A stretch of 64,000 nucleotides of DNA from Dehalococcoidia bacterium (GTDB taxonomy: Bacteria; Chloroflexota; Dehalococcoidia; Lucifugimonadales; UBA3495). The DNA lies in the NCBI GenBank assembly GCA_965261945.1, contig CBDHEF010000002.1:1743327-1807326 (forward strand), in the 5' to 3' direction. A program made the position numbers and the translations under genes. Of this stretch, positions 26,694 to 35,467 are shown one piece after another. The notes below the pieces were generated by a model that did no database searches, was not told the DNA's origin, and worked only from the letters and a program-made list of their open reading frames with translations. Each line of letters opens with the position of its first letter. The stretch's first letter is position 1.

Positions 26694-27248
26694 ATGGCGT
26701 TTTCATTACTGCCCGGAGAGAATGTTCGCCTGGAGATAGACGCTGATGTCTCAGGCGGAAGGATTTTCTTTACGCCGAAACTTTCCTTGCGGGTGACAAA
26801 TTTCCGGCTCGTTTCCACAGAGTCGCTCACCAGAGGCAGCGAGACTACAAAGTACCTGCCGCTTGAGCATATAATTTATATGCAGGAGGGGACGTACAGC
26901 AGCTCGCGTTTGCGCTTGGCCGCAATCGTTCTGATAGTGCTCGGATTTATTGCGACCGTTACCGTGGTCGGAGCAATTGTCGGAATACCAGCAATTATGG
27001 TGGGCGTAATTTGCGGAATCCTGTACTTTCTCAAGAGGACGCAAACCCTCATAGTCCAGACAGGGGCAGATCCCGTGATTCTGAGTATGAGAGGAAAGGG
27101 ATCCGAAATCGAACGAATCATAACCGAAATAGAGTTGGCCCGGCTTGAGAGGACTGCCAGCGACTACGGTGCCGCTCCTCAGAACGCCTTGGGTGGGCCG
27201 AGTCGGCCCACCCAAGGCTTTACCGGAACGTTGCAGGAGCGCACGTAG
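26694..27248 (+). CDS. hypothetical membrane protein (PH/GRAM-like N-terminus, two TM helices)
   Basis: LLPGENVRLEID...LRVTNFRLV is a PH/GRAM-like motif. The hydrophobic stretch LRLAAIVLIVLGFIATVTVVGAIVGIPAIMVGVICGILYFL follows. Confidence 0.45.
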   Translation: MAFSLLPGENVRLEIDADVSGGRIFFTPKLSLRVTNFRLVSTESLTRGSETTKYLPLEHIIYMQEGTYSSSRLRLAAIVLIVLGFIATVTVVGAIVGIPAIMVGVICGILYFLKRTQTLIVQTGADPVILSMRGKGSEIERIITEIELARLERTASDYGAAPQNALGGPSRPTQGFTGTLQERT

Positions 27249-27335
27249 AAAAACCGGACGCCTGAAACACCCGTGTTGCGAATGCAATCCGGTGAGCGAG
27301 TCCAACGACTCTGGCAACAAGACCCCGTCGAGCAA

Positions 27336-27380
27336 GAGCAGGGGGCGGCGGCCCAGATAACCGGGTTGCCGCCCCTGCTC
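27336..27380 (+). terminator. GC-rich hairpin downstream of 26694..27248
   Basis: GAGCAGGGGGCGGC ... GCCGCCCCTGCTC forms a 13-bp stem with one bulge and an 18-nt loop. The T-tract after it (TCTTCC) is weak. Confidence 0.3.
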
Positions 27381-27524
27381 TCTTCCGGTTCGCGGAGCAA
27401 TGGGGATAGCTTTCCTCGGTCAGTCGTTGCCATCGTCTGCTCTGCTCACGGCTGGACGGCGTGAAGGCCAGGGGCGGAGACAGCAACACCTGCGCCAAGT
27501 CCTGCAACAACGCCCTTGAGCTGT

Positions 27525-27737
27525 TTATGACGACCTGATGGAGTCGGACTCCATCAGGTCGTCATAGAAGTTGATGTGCAGGTCCTTAGCTACCTGAAAG
27601 GCGGCAAACCAATCAGGGCGATTCCAGTCATCGGAAACTTGCTGGGCAATGTCAATGAGTCGCCGGTGGCCGCTGTGATTCCAGCCCCGCCGCAGATACT
27701 CAGCGGCGTTCCCGATGTATTCCCGGCTCAACTCCAA
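27525..27737 (-). CDS. truncated PaREP1/HEPN-like paralogue of 4529..4927
   Basis: AAEYLRRGWNH...VAKDLHINFYDD aligns by eye with AQGWEYNK...ANELHGNYYK of the 132-aa protein. The N-terminal roughly 40 aa are missing, and the 3' end lies in a 41-bp palindrome. Confidence 0.4.
   Translation of the reverse strand: MELSREYIGNAAEYLRRGWNHSGHRRLIDIAQQVSDDWNRPDWFAAFQVAKDLHINFYDDLMESDSIRSS
27526..27566. repeat. 41-bp perfect palindrome (20-bp arms, 1-nt centre)
   Basis: TATGACGACCTGATGGAGTC-G-GACTCCATCAGGTCGTCATA, verified base by base. Confidence 0.9.
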
Positions 27738-27800
27738 GAGGCAGTCGGATTCAGTGATGGGGGCTGCGGCTGGGAGATGTCGAATTATTAAGGAGCGCTT

Positions 27801-28016
27801 ATGCTCGTTAAGTTCAAGAGGTGGGGATTGGCGCCTGCCATCGCGGCGATGCTGGCCCTCGTGTTAGCCGTCGGATGCGGCCCCTCCGACGGAAAGTGTC
27901 AAGATGCTGAGCGCACACTGATGACCACTGACATTGAAAGCAAGGGCTTGGAGGCATTGGCGTATCTCGAAGAGAACTGTACCGCAGATGAAGACGGCAA
28001 TACAGTCGCAAAGTAA
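27801..28016 (+). CDS. small lipoprotein
   Basis: Signal peptide with lipobox: MLVKFKRWGLAPAIAAMLALVLAVGC. Confidence 0.5.
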   Translation: MLVKFKRWGLAPAIAAMLALVLAVGCGPSDGKCQDAERTLMTTDIESKGLEALAYLEENCTADEDGNTVAK

Positions 28017-28063
28017 TTTCATGCGGCGGAAAGCGGCGGGCGCCAGCATCGCAGAGGAAAACT

Positions 28064-28618
28064 CTACGCCCGCCGCCGGAAGAAGCTCCAGACCGGGGCG
28101 GTGAAGCCGGGCAGAACTTCGGCTCCGTCGAAGATGTCGAACTCGGACAGAACCTGCGGCGGTTCGCCGGGGCGGTAAACGGCGAGGGTAACGGGCCGCG
28201 GGTCGGCTACCAGTACCCTCCGCACACCGTGGGACAGCCACATCATCGCCCTTTCCGCCATGTGCCGCCGGGAGTCGCCGGGAGACTTCACCTCCACCAC
28301 CAGGTCAGGCGCCAGCTCAGCGTAGCCCACCACCGGCGCCGCTAGACGGCCCGGCGCAACCCAGGTCACGTCTGGGCCGCGCACTGTGTCAGGGTCATGC
28401 TCCAGCACGAAGCCGGAATCTCCGGCCCTCACCTGCCCATAGTCATTGTCGTAGGAGTAACTGGTCAAAAGCCAAGCGATATGGGCTACAAGCGCCCCGT
28501 GTTCGTCTCCTGGCGGCATATCTTCCGTCAACACCCCGCGTATGAGTTCGCGCTGCATACCGTCGTCCGGCAATAGCAGCAGTTCCTCCGCGGTCATTAG
28601 CTTCGGCTTCGTAGTCAT
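28064..28618 (-). CDS. Uma2-family (DUF820) endonuclease
   Basis: MTAEELLLLPDDG.QRELIRG.L...H......PDV.WV...APDLVVEVKSPGD is the PD-(D/E)xK Uma2 pattern. Confidence 0.8.
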   Translation of the reverse strand: MTTKPKLMTAEELLLLPDDGMQRELIRGVLTEDMPPGDEHGALVAHIAWLLTSYSYDNDYGQVRAGDSGFVLEHDPDTVRGPDVTWVAPGRLAAPVVGYAELAPDLVVEVKSPGDSRRHMAERAMMWLSHGVRRVLVADPRPVTLAVYRPGEPPQVLSEFDIFDGAEVLPGFTAPVWSFFRRRA

Positions 28619-28690
28619 TTCGCGTCCTGCCGGTCAGCAGTCACTGGATGATGCCTATCCCATCTATAGCTCTTTGCGCGCATCGTCCCC

Positions 28691-29551
28691 TTACACGTTG
28701 GTGGGGACGGTGTCGCTGACGCCGTACTTGCGCTCCAGCTCGTAGATTTCACCGAGGCCGAGGAGGGAGGCGACGTCCCAGCGGGTGGCGAAGCGCTTGG
28801 GGTCCACGGCGCCGGTGGCCTTCAGCTCCTCGAAGGAGTCCTTGACCTGCTGGTAGATTAGCCAGATGGTGCTGCCGCAGATGGTAATCTTGTAGCCCAG
28901 GTCATTCAGGTCGTTGGTGTTCATCAGGTCGCCGTTGTACATCCGGGGCAGGTCGGCCATGTCGCGGGCGTAGTTGCGGATGTCCTCTTCGCTCTTGATG
29001 CCATCAACGAACACCACGTCGGCGCCCGCCTCCACGTAGGCCCTACAGCGGCGGATGGTGTCCTTCCAGCCGGTGACCGCATAGGCGTCGCAGCGGGAGA
29101 TGATGACGAAGTCGGGGTCCTTGCGAGCGTCCAGCGCAGCCCGGATCTTCTGCACATGGTCCTCGACAGGGATGACCTGCTTGCCCTCGAAGAAGCCGCA
29201 TTTTTTGGGGAACACCTGATCTTCGATGTGGATGCCCGCCACGCCGGCGGCCTCGTACTCCTGCACCGAGCGGATCACGTTGAGCGCGTTGCCGTAGCCG
29301 GAATCGGAGTCGCAGATGACGGGTATGTCCACCGCGTTGGCAATGTACCTGGCGTTGCCGACCATCTCGGTCATAGTGAGCAGGCCCACGTCGGGGAAGC
29401 CCCGCTCGGCGGCGGTGCCGGCGCCGGTCATGTAGACTGCCTGAAACCCGACGGACTCGGCAATTTTGGCGTGCAGCGCGTTAAGGACGAAGGGGGCGAC
29501 GACCATGTCGCCGGAGTTGAGCATCTGCCGCAGCTTGGTGGTGGCTTTCAT
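28691..29551 (-). CDS. PEP mutase / isocitrate lyase family enzyme (methylisocitrate lyase / oxaloacetate decarboxylase-like)
   Basis: IPVICDSDSGYGNALNV...AGVAGIHIEDQVFPKKCG...FVIISRCDA. Track ORF 28691..29905 trimmed to ATG 29551. Confidence 0.8.
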   Translation of the reverse strand: MKATTKLRQMLNSGDMVVAPFVLNALHAKIAESVGFQAVYMTGAGTAAERGFPDVGLLTMTEMVGNARYIANAVDIPVICDSDSGYGNALNVIRSVQEYEAAGVAGIHIEDQVFPKKCGFFEGKQVIPVEDHVQKIRAALDARKDPDFVIISRCDAYAVTGWKDTIRRCRAYVEAGADVVFVDGIKSEEDIRNYARDMADLPRMYNGDLMNTNDLNDLGYKITICGSTIWLIYQQVKDSFEELKATGAVDPKRFATRWDVASLLGLGEIYELERKYGVSDTVPTNV

Positions 29552-29707
29552 CGCGCGTTCTCTCCTGTATGGGTGGAAGTGGTGAGTGAATGATACCGCA
29601 GCCCTGCGCTGTGCGCTAACTGTCAGCGCGGCACCGATTGGAAATGGGGAGGCATCTAATATCGTGACGATTGACGTACTGCATACAATTACCCTACCCT
29701 CTCCAAT

Positions 29708-29993
29708 ATGATTATCGGGTACCGGGATCGAAGGACCGAGCGATTTGCCAGTGGCGAATTCGTAGCAGCGTTTCAAGGTTTTGAAGAGCAAGCAGCAATC
29801 AGACTCTCGATGTTGAACGCAGCCGTCTCCCTTAACTCGCTGCGGGCCTTCCGCGGCAACCGCCTCGAAACTCTCAGGGGAACCAAGGGCGGGCCAGTAT
29901 TCCATCCGGATAAACCTACAGTGGCGAATATGCTTTTCCTGGCCGGGTGATCAGGAAGGGCCGTCTGAAGTTGAAATTGTTGACTATCATTAA
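29708..29993 (+). pseudogene. higB: HigB-type (killer protein) toxin with a +1 frameshift
   Basis: Frame 1 reads MIIGYRDRRTERF...LRAFRGNRLETLRGTKGG. The conserved C-terminus QYSIRINLQWRICFSWPGDQEGPSEVEIVDYH* continues in the next frame from 29895 to TAA at 29991-29993. One extra C in GGGCCAG (29891-29897) causes the shift. Confidence 0.7.
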
Positions 29994-30008
29994 CCCAGGG
30001 GAAGATGT

Positions 30009-30296
30009 ATGTTCAGGCAAGCCGTACATCCGGGAATAATTCTCAAAGATGAGTTGGAGCAATTCGGTGTCAACTCGTCCGCATTTGCCCGTCAGATCAA
30101 CGTGCCGCCCAACCGGGTCAGTCAGATTATCGCAGGCAAACGATCCATAACCGGCGATACCGCCTTGCGTTTCGGGCACTGGTTTGGAGTGGAACCGCAA
30201 TTCTGGATGAACCTCCAGACCCAGTTCGACCTTGCCAGTGCGGAGAAAATAGTCGGAGACGAAGTACGCAGCCTGCCAACCGCCGCCAACCTCTAG
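30009..30296 (+). CDS. higA: HigA-family antitoxin (XRE HTH)
   Basis: HPGIILKDELEQFGVNSSAFARQINVPPNRVSQIIAGKRSITGDTALRFGHWFGVEPQFWMNLQ is the canonical HigA/VapI sequence. Confidence 0.85.
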   Translation: MFRQAVHPGIILKDELEQFGVNSSAFARQINVPPNRVSQIIAGKRSITGDTALRFGHWFGVEPQFWMNLQTQFDLASAEKIVGDEVRSLPTAANL

Positions 30297-30405
30297 CGCG
30301 CAGAATCCTCACCCCCGTCCGAAGAAGCGCCCGAAGCCTCTGTGTTCACCGCCCCCTGCCGATTGCTGCCGGTTGATGAGATTCAGCGCATCCCGAACAC
30401 CGAGT

Positions 30406-31017
30406 TTACTGGGCGTACAGCGGGTGGCTGTGTAGCTGCTGCCAGGACAGGTCGGCGGCCCAGCGGCCGTTGCTCCAGTCGTCACCCGCGGCGTCGGAGG
30501 AGTAGCGGGTCAGCAGCAGACGCCACGGCGGGGCCGTTTCCGCCACTTCCAGACCGGTCGCGACCCCTTGGGCGAACTCCACGGCGTCGGGGAGTATAGC
30601 CGGTGGGAATGACCCGTATTCCAGGAGCGCAATGCGGGGATTGAACAGAGGCCGCAAGTTCAGCGACTCATCATGGCTCCGCGCCGCCTCCATCACCCTT
30701 CGGCGCAATTCCAGCAGGGGCTGAGACACGTCGAAGGCCATCACCACGCCGTTCATTTCCACATCGGCCATTATCCCGGCTCGGCTCAGTAGAAACGGCT
30801 CCTGCGATACGGTGTCCCTAGCTATTTCCTCCACCTGCGACACCAGGATGGATAGTCTGCCATCAGGGCAGGGGAAGTAGGGTGTGAGGGGCATACGCAA
30901 CATCTGCATCTCAGCGGCCCAGGATGAGTATTGGCCGCAGACTATCTGCCGCGTCTGGTAGATCTTCGCCGTGAAGGACGGCTGCAACACCAGATCTATG
31001 CCGTAGCGGATGGACAT
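30406..31017 (-). CDS. hypothetical protein
   Basis: 203-aa ORF with coding-like composition. I could not recognise any motif. A weak two-lobed resemblance to 2H phosphoesterases lacks the HxT/S motifs. Confidence 0.4.
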   Translation of the reverse strand: MSIRYGIDLVLQPSFTAKIYQTRQIVCGQYSSWAAEMQMLRMPLTPYFPCPDGRLSILVSQVEEIARDTVSQEPFLLSRAGIMADVEMNGVVMAFDVSQPLLELRRRVMEAARSHDESLNLRPLFNPRIALLEYGSFPPAILPDAVEFAQGVATGLEVAETAPPWRLLLTRYSSDAAGDDWSNGRWAADLSWQQLHSHPLYAQ

Positions 31018-31105
31018 TCTTTCTCTCCGTGGTTGGCTGTGCCTTGGTTTTCGCCGTCACCCTAACCTTCTTCAAAAGTGGAGAGGGGATTGTCCGAAGA
31101 GTCCG

Positions 31106-31807
31106 TCACCCCAGGACTGCGGCCAGGTCCGGCAGGTTGGCGGTCTCCATATCGGGGAGTTCATCGGTGAAGGGGGCGTAGGGGATGCCGTGGCGGTCGA
31201 CGTAGGCTCCCCGCATCCCGGCGGTTTTGGCGGCGCGGATGTCCCAGGCGTGGGCGGCGACGTGCAGAATACCGCCAGCCTCCAAGTCCAGCAGTTCGGC
31301 GGCCCGGCGATACACCCGGAGGTCGGGCTTGTAGCAACCCGCCTGCTCCACCGAGATGGTCCGGTGCACGGGTATGTTCAGCGATGACACAATGCGCTCC
31401 AACACCGACAGGTCGCCGTTGGACAGCACCGACAGGGTGAAGCGCTCCCGCATCGCGGTCAGGCTCTCCACCACGTCGGGAAACAGCGCCGGGGTGACGC
31501 GGGCGGTCAGCAGATCCTCGATATCGTCGCGGCCATGCTCGACGCCCATGCGGGCGAAGAGTTGCGACAGCGTGACCCGCCGCAACTGCTCGAAGGGTGT
31601 GCGGGGGCCGCCGAGGAAAGTGTTCACCATCCCCTCGTGCAGGTAGGCCCACTCCCACGTCCGCACTACTTCCGCTGCATCGGCTCCGGCCCCCCGATCC
31701 CGCAGAAATCCGTCGAAGGCAGGCGCAAAGGTCGCCTCCAAATCCAGCAGGGTGCCGTAAAGGTCGAAGGTGATGGCGCGGATGGCCGAGGGGTCAAAGG
31801 CGGGCAT
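31106..31807 (-). CDS. haloacid dehalogenase type II (HAD superfamily)
   Basis: ITFDLYGTLLD is HAD motif I, with LSNG, YKPD...Y and the VAAHAWDI.AA pattern of L-2-haloacid dehalogenases. Confidence 0.8.
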   Translation of the reverse strand: MPAFDPSAIRAITFDLYGTLLDLEATFAPAFDGFLRDRGAGADAAEVVRTWEWAYLHEGMVNTFLGGPRTPFEQLRRVTLSQLFARMGVEHGRDDIEDLLTARVTPALFPDVVESLTAMRERFTLSVLSNGDLSVLERIVSSLNIPVHRTISVEQAGCYKPDLRVYRRAAELLDLEAGGILHVAAHAWDIRAAKTAGMRGAYVDRHGIPYAPFTDELPDMETANLPDLAAVLG

Positions 31808-32040
31808 GGCGAAACTCCGTCAAAAGATGGCAGGAAAAGTGGTAGGGTCTTCTAATAGTTCCCGCCCCCAGAGGGAGTAGGGAGAACTAAAGGCCCTGGA
31901 GAAAAGGGCAACCACCGGGGAATTATAGTAAGGAATTTCAGTTGCCGCTATCCTTCTAATAGACCTAATAGACCCCCACCGGCGAAAAGCAGGTGTTGCC
32001 GGAGGCCAAAAGGATGCTATAATATAGCTGTACTGGCCCG

Positions 32041-32127
32041 GCCGAGGTGGTGGAATTGGTAGACACGCTGTCTTGAGGGGGCAGTGGGCGATTGCCTGTG
32101 TGGGTTCAAATCCCGCCCTCGGCACCA
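32041..32127 (+). tRNA. tRNA-Leu (anticodon GAG)
   Basis: Acceptor GCCGAGG/CCTCGGC, anticodon stem CTGTC/GGCAG with loop TTGAGGG, long variable arm, T-arm GTGGG-TTCAAAT-CCCGC, and encoded CCA. Confidence 0.9.
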
Positions 32128-32174
32128 CTCAGCGGCCAGGTATCTGACGGGCGCTCCTGCACCCGGACGTTCAG

Positions 32175-32250
32175 GGCGACGTAGCCAAGCGGTTAAGGCG
32201 GAGGTCTGCAAAACCTCTATGCGGCGGTTCGAATCCGCCCGTCGCCTCCA
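32175..32250 (+). tRNA. tRNA-Cys (anticodon GCA)
   Basis: Acceptor GGCGACG/CGTCGCC, anticodon stem GAGGT/ACCTC with loop CTGCAAA, T-arm GGCGG-TTCGAAT-CCGCC, and encoded CCA. Confidence 0.9.
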
Positions 32251-32506
32251 AAGCCCCCACCTGAAGTTCCCTCCCACTTCACCCATGCGATCCAATCGTC
32301 GTAGTTGCTTGGCTTTGCCACAGGCATTCGGAGGCAAGCCGACCAGCAACCTGGGTTCTGGGTGTCAAAACCTACCCGCAACCGGACTAACCGATTGCGG
32401 CGAATCCCCCTCGTCCGGCGCGGATATGCCGCCAGCGCACTCATAGCACTCAGAGGGTGCGTGACAAACCTCTTCCGTCCCCATTGAGCCGACGTGGGGC
32501 TGCCTT

Positions 32507-32568
32507 CGTTGTTCCGGCGAAGCTAACGGGACGCCCTCACCCTAACCCTCTCCCCAAGGGAGAGGGGG
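32507..32568. repeat. degenerate R plus H modules of the dispersed repeat family
   Basis: GTTGTTCCGGCGAAGCTAACGGGACGCCC is R-like and is followed by TCACCCTAACCCTCTCCCCAAGGGAGAGGGG, the hairpin H. Confidence 0.45.
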
Positions 32569-32629
32569 GTTGTCACATACCATCCCGGAGCGTACCAACT
32601 CAGAGCGGGTTTGCAAATTGGGGCAGGCC

Positions 32630-34930
32630 CTACGCCTCCGCCGCGCGCAGGGCTTCCACGTCCATGCCGTAATCATCCGGCTCGCTGCCCTGCATGGCGG
32701 CCAGCACACGCTCAGGGCTGAGGGGCAGGGTGCGAATGCGTACCCCCACGGCGTCGTAGATGGCGTTGGCGATGGCCGCCGGCGGGCCGAATCCCGGCGG
32801 CTCGGCCACAGCGCGGAGTCCGAAGGGGCCGTCCTCGCTGGGCACTTCCACCAGCACGGTCTCGATGTCCGGCATATCTATGGCCAAGGGCATCAGGTAG
32901 GTGGCCAGCGATGCGTTGCGGATCTGGCCGGTATCGGGGTCAATCTGGATTTCCTCGCTCAGCGCCCGGCCAATACCCTGCACCGCGCCGCCCTCGAGTT
33001 GCCCAACCACGCCCATCGGGTTCACCGCCAGCCCAACGTCCTGCGCCTGCACGAAACGGGTGACGCGCACTTGCCCGGTCTCGCGGTCCACCTCGACCTC
33101 CGCGCCCTGGGCGTTGAACACGGGGTTGTAGGGCATACTGGACAGCGAAGCCGTGCCGACGATGGGGCCGCCACGGGACGACAGGCTCATCCGCGCCAAC
33201 TGCCCCATCCCCAAGGACTGCGGCGGGTTGTCCAGGACGTATACCGCGCCGCCGCCGCATTCGAGCGCGTCGGCCTGAACGCCCAGGCGGTCGGCGGCCA
33301 GCGCCAGCAGCTTGTCCTTCGTGTCCTCGGCGGCCATCTGCACCGCCCTGCCCTGGCTGTACACGATCCGGCTGCCGCCGCTGGGGCCGGTGAAGGGAGC
33401 GAGGTCGGTATCCCGCTTGGCGACAATCACCTGTTCCATCTCAAGGCCCAGCACCTCGGCGGCGATCTGCGCCAGCGAGGTGTCGCTGCCGGAGATGTCT
33501 ACCGAGCCGGTCAGCATCCCCACCGTGCCGTCCTCGTTGACGCTGATGGACGCGGTGGACGGCCCGCTGCCGCTGCGCCATTCGCCAACTGCCACGCCAA
33601 CGCCGCGGGCGATTTTCGCGTCCACCGGGGCTGATACCGAACCATTGCCGGCGCGAGGCTGGGCCATCTTCTCTTTCAGCGCGTCCATGACCTCGGCGAG
33701 ACCGTGGCGGGGGATGCGCGCCCCGCTCACGCTGATGTCTCCCTCCTTGAGGGCATTCATCTCCCGGAACTCCAGCGGGTCGAGACCGAGCTTGTGGGCG
33801 ATCACGTCCATGTGCGACTCAACGGCAAAGGTCATGTCGGCCACGCCGGACGCCCGGTAGGAGCCGACGTACACCTTGTTGGTGTACACGCCATAGGACC
33901 GCAGCCGGAAATTGGGGATGTTGTAGGCCCCCAGCCCATGTCCCACGCCGGAGTTGGGACCGGCCCCCAGGTAGGCGCCCACGTCGAACACGCTGCGGGC
34001 CTCGCGGGCGGTGATGCGCCCGTCGCTGGTCACGGCGGTCTTCAGGTAGATGTTGGTCTCCAGGCGCGGGCCGTTGAGGGTGAAGGTCTCCTCGCGGGTG
34101 TTGACCAGCTTGACCGGACGGTGCGTCTTCATCGCCAGCAGCGCCGGAAAGGCTTCCAGGGCCAGCCGCAACTTGGCGCCGAACCCGCCGCCCAGCTCCA
34201 TCGCTATGATCTTGATGTTGCCGATGGGCATATCCAGCACCGAAGCGAGCTGCTGCCGCACCTGATACGGGCCCTGGGTGGAAGCCCAGATTGTGAGCCG
34301 CCCGTTGGCCTCCACGTTGGCGACGCAGGCCATCGGCTCCAGGAAGCCCTGGTTGATCGGCTGGGTGTGGTAGGTCTCCTCGATGACGTGATCGGCCTCC
34401 GCAAAGGCCGCATCCGCGTCGCCCCGGTCTGCGTCCAGCATGGTGCAGTTGTTGCCGCCGAGGGCGAAGCCGTAGCCCTCGAAGTTCTCCAGGTCCGGGT
34501 GAACCGTGGTCGTGCCGCCGGCGAGAGAAGCCATGGGATCAACGACCCGGTCCAGGTCTTCGTATTCGACCTTGATGAGCGAGAGACCTTCGATCGCCGT
34601 TATCTCGTCATCGGCGGCCACCGCCGCCACCGGCTCGCCGACGTAGAAGACCTCGTAGCGGGCCATGACCCGCCGGTCACGCAGGGCGCCGGAGCCGAAG
34701 AAAATGTCGGGAAAGTCCCTGCCGGTGATGACGCCCCGCACCCCGGGCAGCGCCTCGGCCTCGGACGTGTCGATGCTGACAATGCGGGCGTGGCTGCGAG
34801 GGCTGGTCAACACCTTGCACATCAGCATCTCGGGCAGGTAGACGTCGCCGGCGTAGGTGGCGTGCCCGGTCACCTTGTCCAGCGCGTCGACGCGAACATG
34901 GTTCTTGCCGAGAACATTGAACTCAGCCAT
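32630..34930 (-). CDS. xanthine dehydrogenase / CO-dehydrogenase family molybdopterin-binding large subunit (CoxL-like)
   Basis: GKNHVRVDALDKVTGHATYAGDV..., FGSG..., GGGFG and the overall ~766 aa architecture fit this family. Track ORF trimmed to ATG 34930. Confidence 0.85.
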   Translation of the reverse strand: MAEFNVLGKNHVRVDALDKVTGHATYAGDVYLPEMLMCKVLTSPRSHARIVSIDTSEAEALPGVRGVITGRDFPDIFFGSGALRDRRVMARYEVFYVGEPVAAVAADDEITAIEGLSLIKVEYEDLDRVVDPMASLAGGTTTVHPDLENFEGYGFALGGNNCTMLDADRGDADAAFAEADHVIEETYHTQPINQGFLEPMACVANVEANGRLTIWASTQGPYQVRQQLASVLDMPIGNIKIIAMELGGGFGAKLRLALEAFPALLAMKTHRPVKLVNTREETFTLNGPRLETNIYLKTAVTSDGRITAREARSVFDVGAYLGAGPNSGVGHGLGAYNIPNFRLRSYGVYTNKVYVGSYRASGVADMTFAVESHMDVIAHKLGLDPLEFREMNALKEGDISVSGARIPRHGLAEVMDALKEKMAQPRAGNGSVSAPVDAKIARGVGVAVGEWRSGSGPSTASISVNEDGTVGMLTGSVDISGSDTSLAQIAAEVLGLEMEQVIVAKRDTDLAPFTGPSGGSRIVYSQGRAVQMAAEDTKDKLLALAADRLGVQADALECGGGAVYVLDNPPQSLGMGQLARMSLSSRGGPIVGTASLSSMPYNPVFNAQGAEVEVDRETGQVRVTRFVQAQDVGLAVNPMGVVGQLEGGAVQGIGRALSEEIQIDPDTGQIRNASLATYLMPLAIDMPDIETVLVEVPSEDGPFGLRAVAEPPGFGPPAAIANAIYDAVGVRIRTLPLSPERVLAAMQGSEPDDYGMDVEALRAAEA

Positions 34931-34952
34931 CTCTGCTACTCCGTTTCCTCGT

Positions 34953-34997
34953 TTAATCAGGGCCGGGTTAATCAGGGCCGGGTTAATCAGGGCCGGG
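34953..34997. repeat. perfect 3 x 15-bp tandem repeat in the coxS-coxL spacer
   Basis: TTAATCAGGGCCGGG x3. On the minus strand each unit carries TGA and TAA, and the first unit supplies the coxS stop (34987-34989). Confidence 0.9.
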
Positions 34998-35457
34998 AGC
35001 TTTCGACGGCGGCCATCACCGCCTCGATAACCTTGGAATAGCCGGTGCACCGGCACAGGTTACCTCCGAGGCCGAATTTAACCTCTTCCTCTGTGGGGTC
35101 GGGAATGCTGTTGAGCAGCCCCACCGTGGCCATGATCAGCCCCGGCGTACAGTAGCCGCACTGCAGCCCGCCGTGTTCGGCGAAGCTGCGTTGCACCGGG
35201 TGAAGCTCGCCGCCTGACGCCAGCCCCTCGACGGTGGTGACCTCGGCGTCGTGGGCGCTGTGGGCCAGCACTAGGCACGAGGTCACCATCTGCCCGTTCA
35301 GCAGCACGGTGCAGGCCCCGCAGTCGCCCTCGTCGCATCCCTTCTTGGTGCCGGTCAGGTGCAACTCGTCCCGCAGCATATCCAGCAGCGAGCAGAAAGG
35401 CTCCACCAGCATGGTGCGTTCAATACCGTTGACGGTAATGCTCAGTGGTCTCTTCAT
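34987..35457 (-). CDS. (2Fe-2S)-binding small subunit (CoxS-like)
   Basis: GTKKGCDEGDCGACTV...QCGYCTPG...LCRCTGY are both 2Fe-2S cluster motifs. Confidence 0.9.
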   Translation of the reverse strand: MKRPLSITVNGIERTMLVEPFCSLLDMLRDELHLTGTKKGCDEGDCGACTVLLNGQMVTSCLVLAHSAHDAEVTTVEGLASGGELHPVQRSFAEHGGLQCGYCTPGLIMATVGLLNSIPDPTEEEVKFGLGGNLCRCTGYSKVIEAVMAAVESSRP

Positions 35458-35467
35458 AACAATCCCT

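Noticed and set aside
32017-32487. ORFs overlapping the tRNA-Leu and tRNA-Cys genes
   Set aside because: The region folds into two canonical tRNAs, so the ORFs are incidental.
32251-32629. Integrative element attached to the 3' end of the tRNA pair
   Set aside because: No integrase gene was seen, and no direct repeat of the tRNA 3' end. The spacer holds only a degenerate dispersed-repeat copy.
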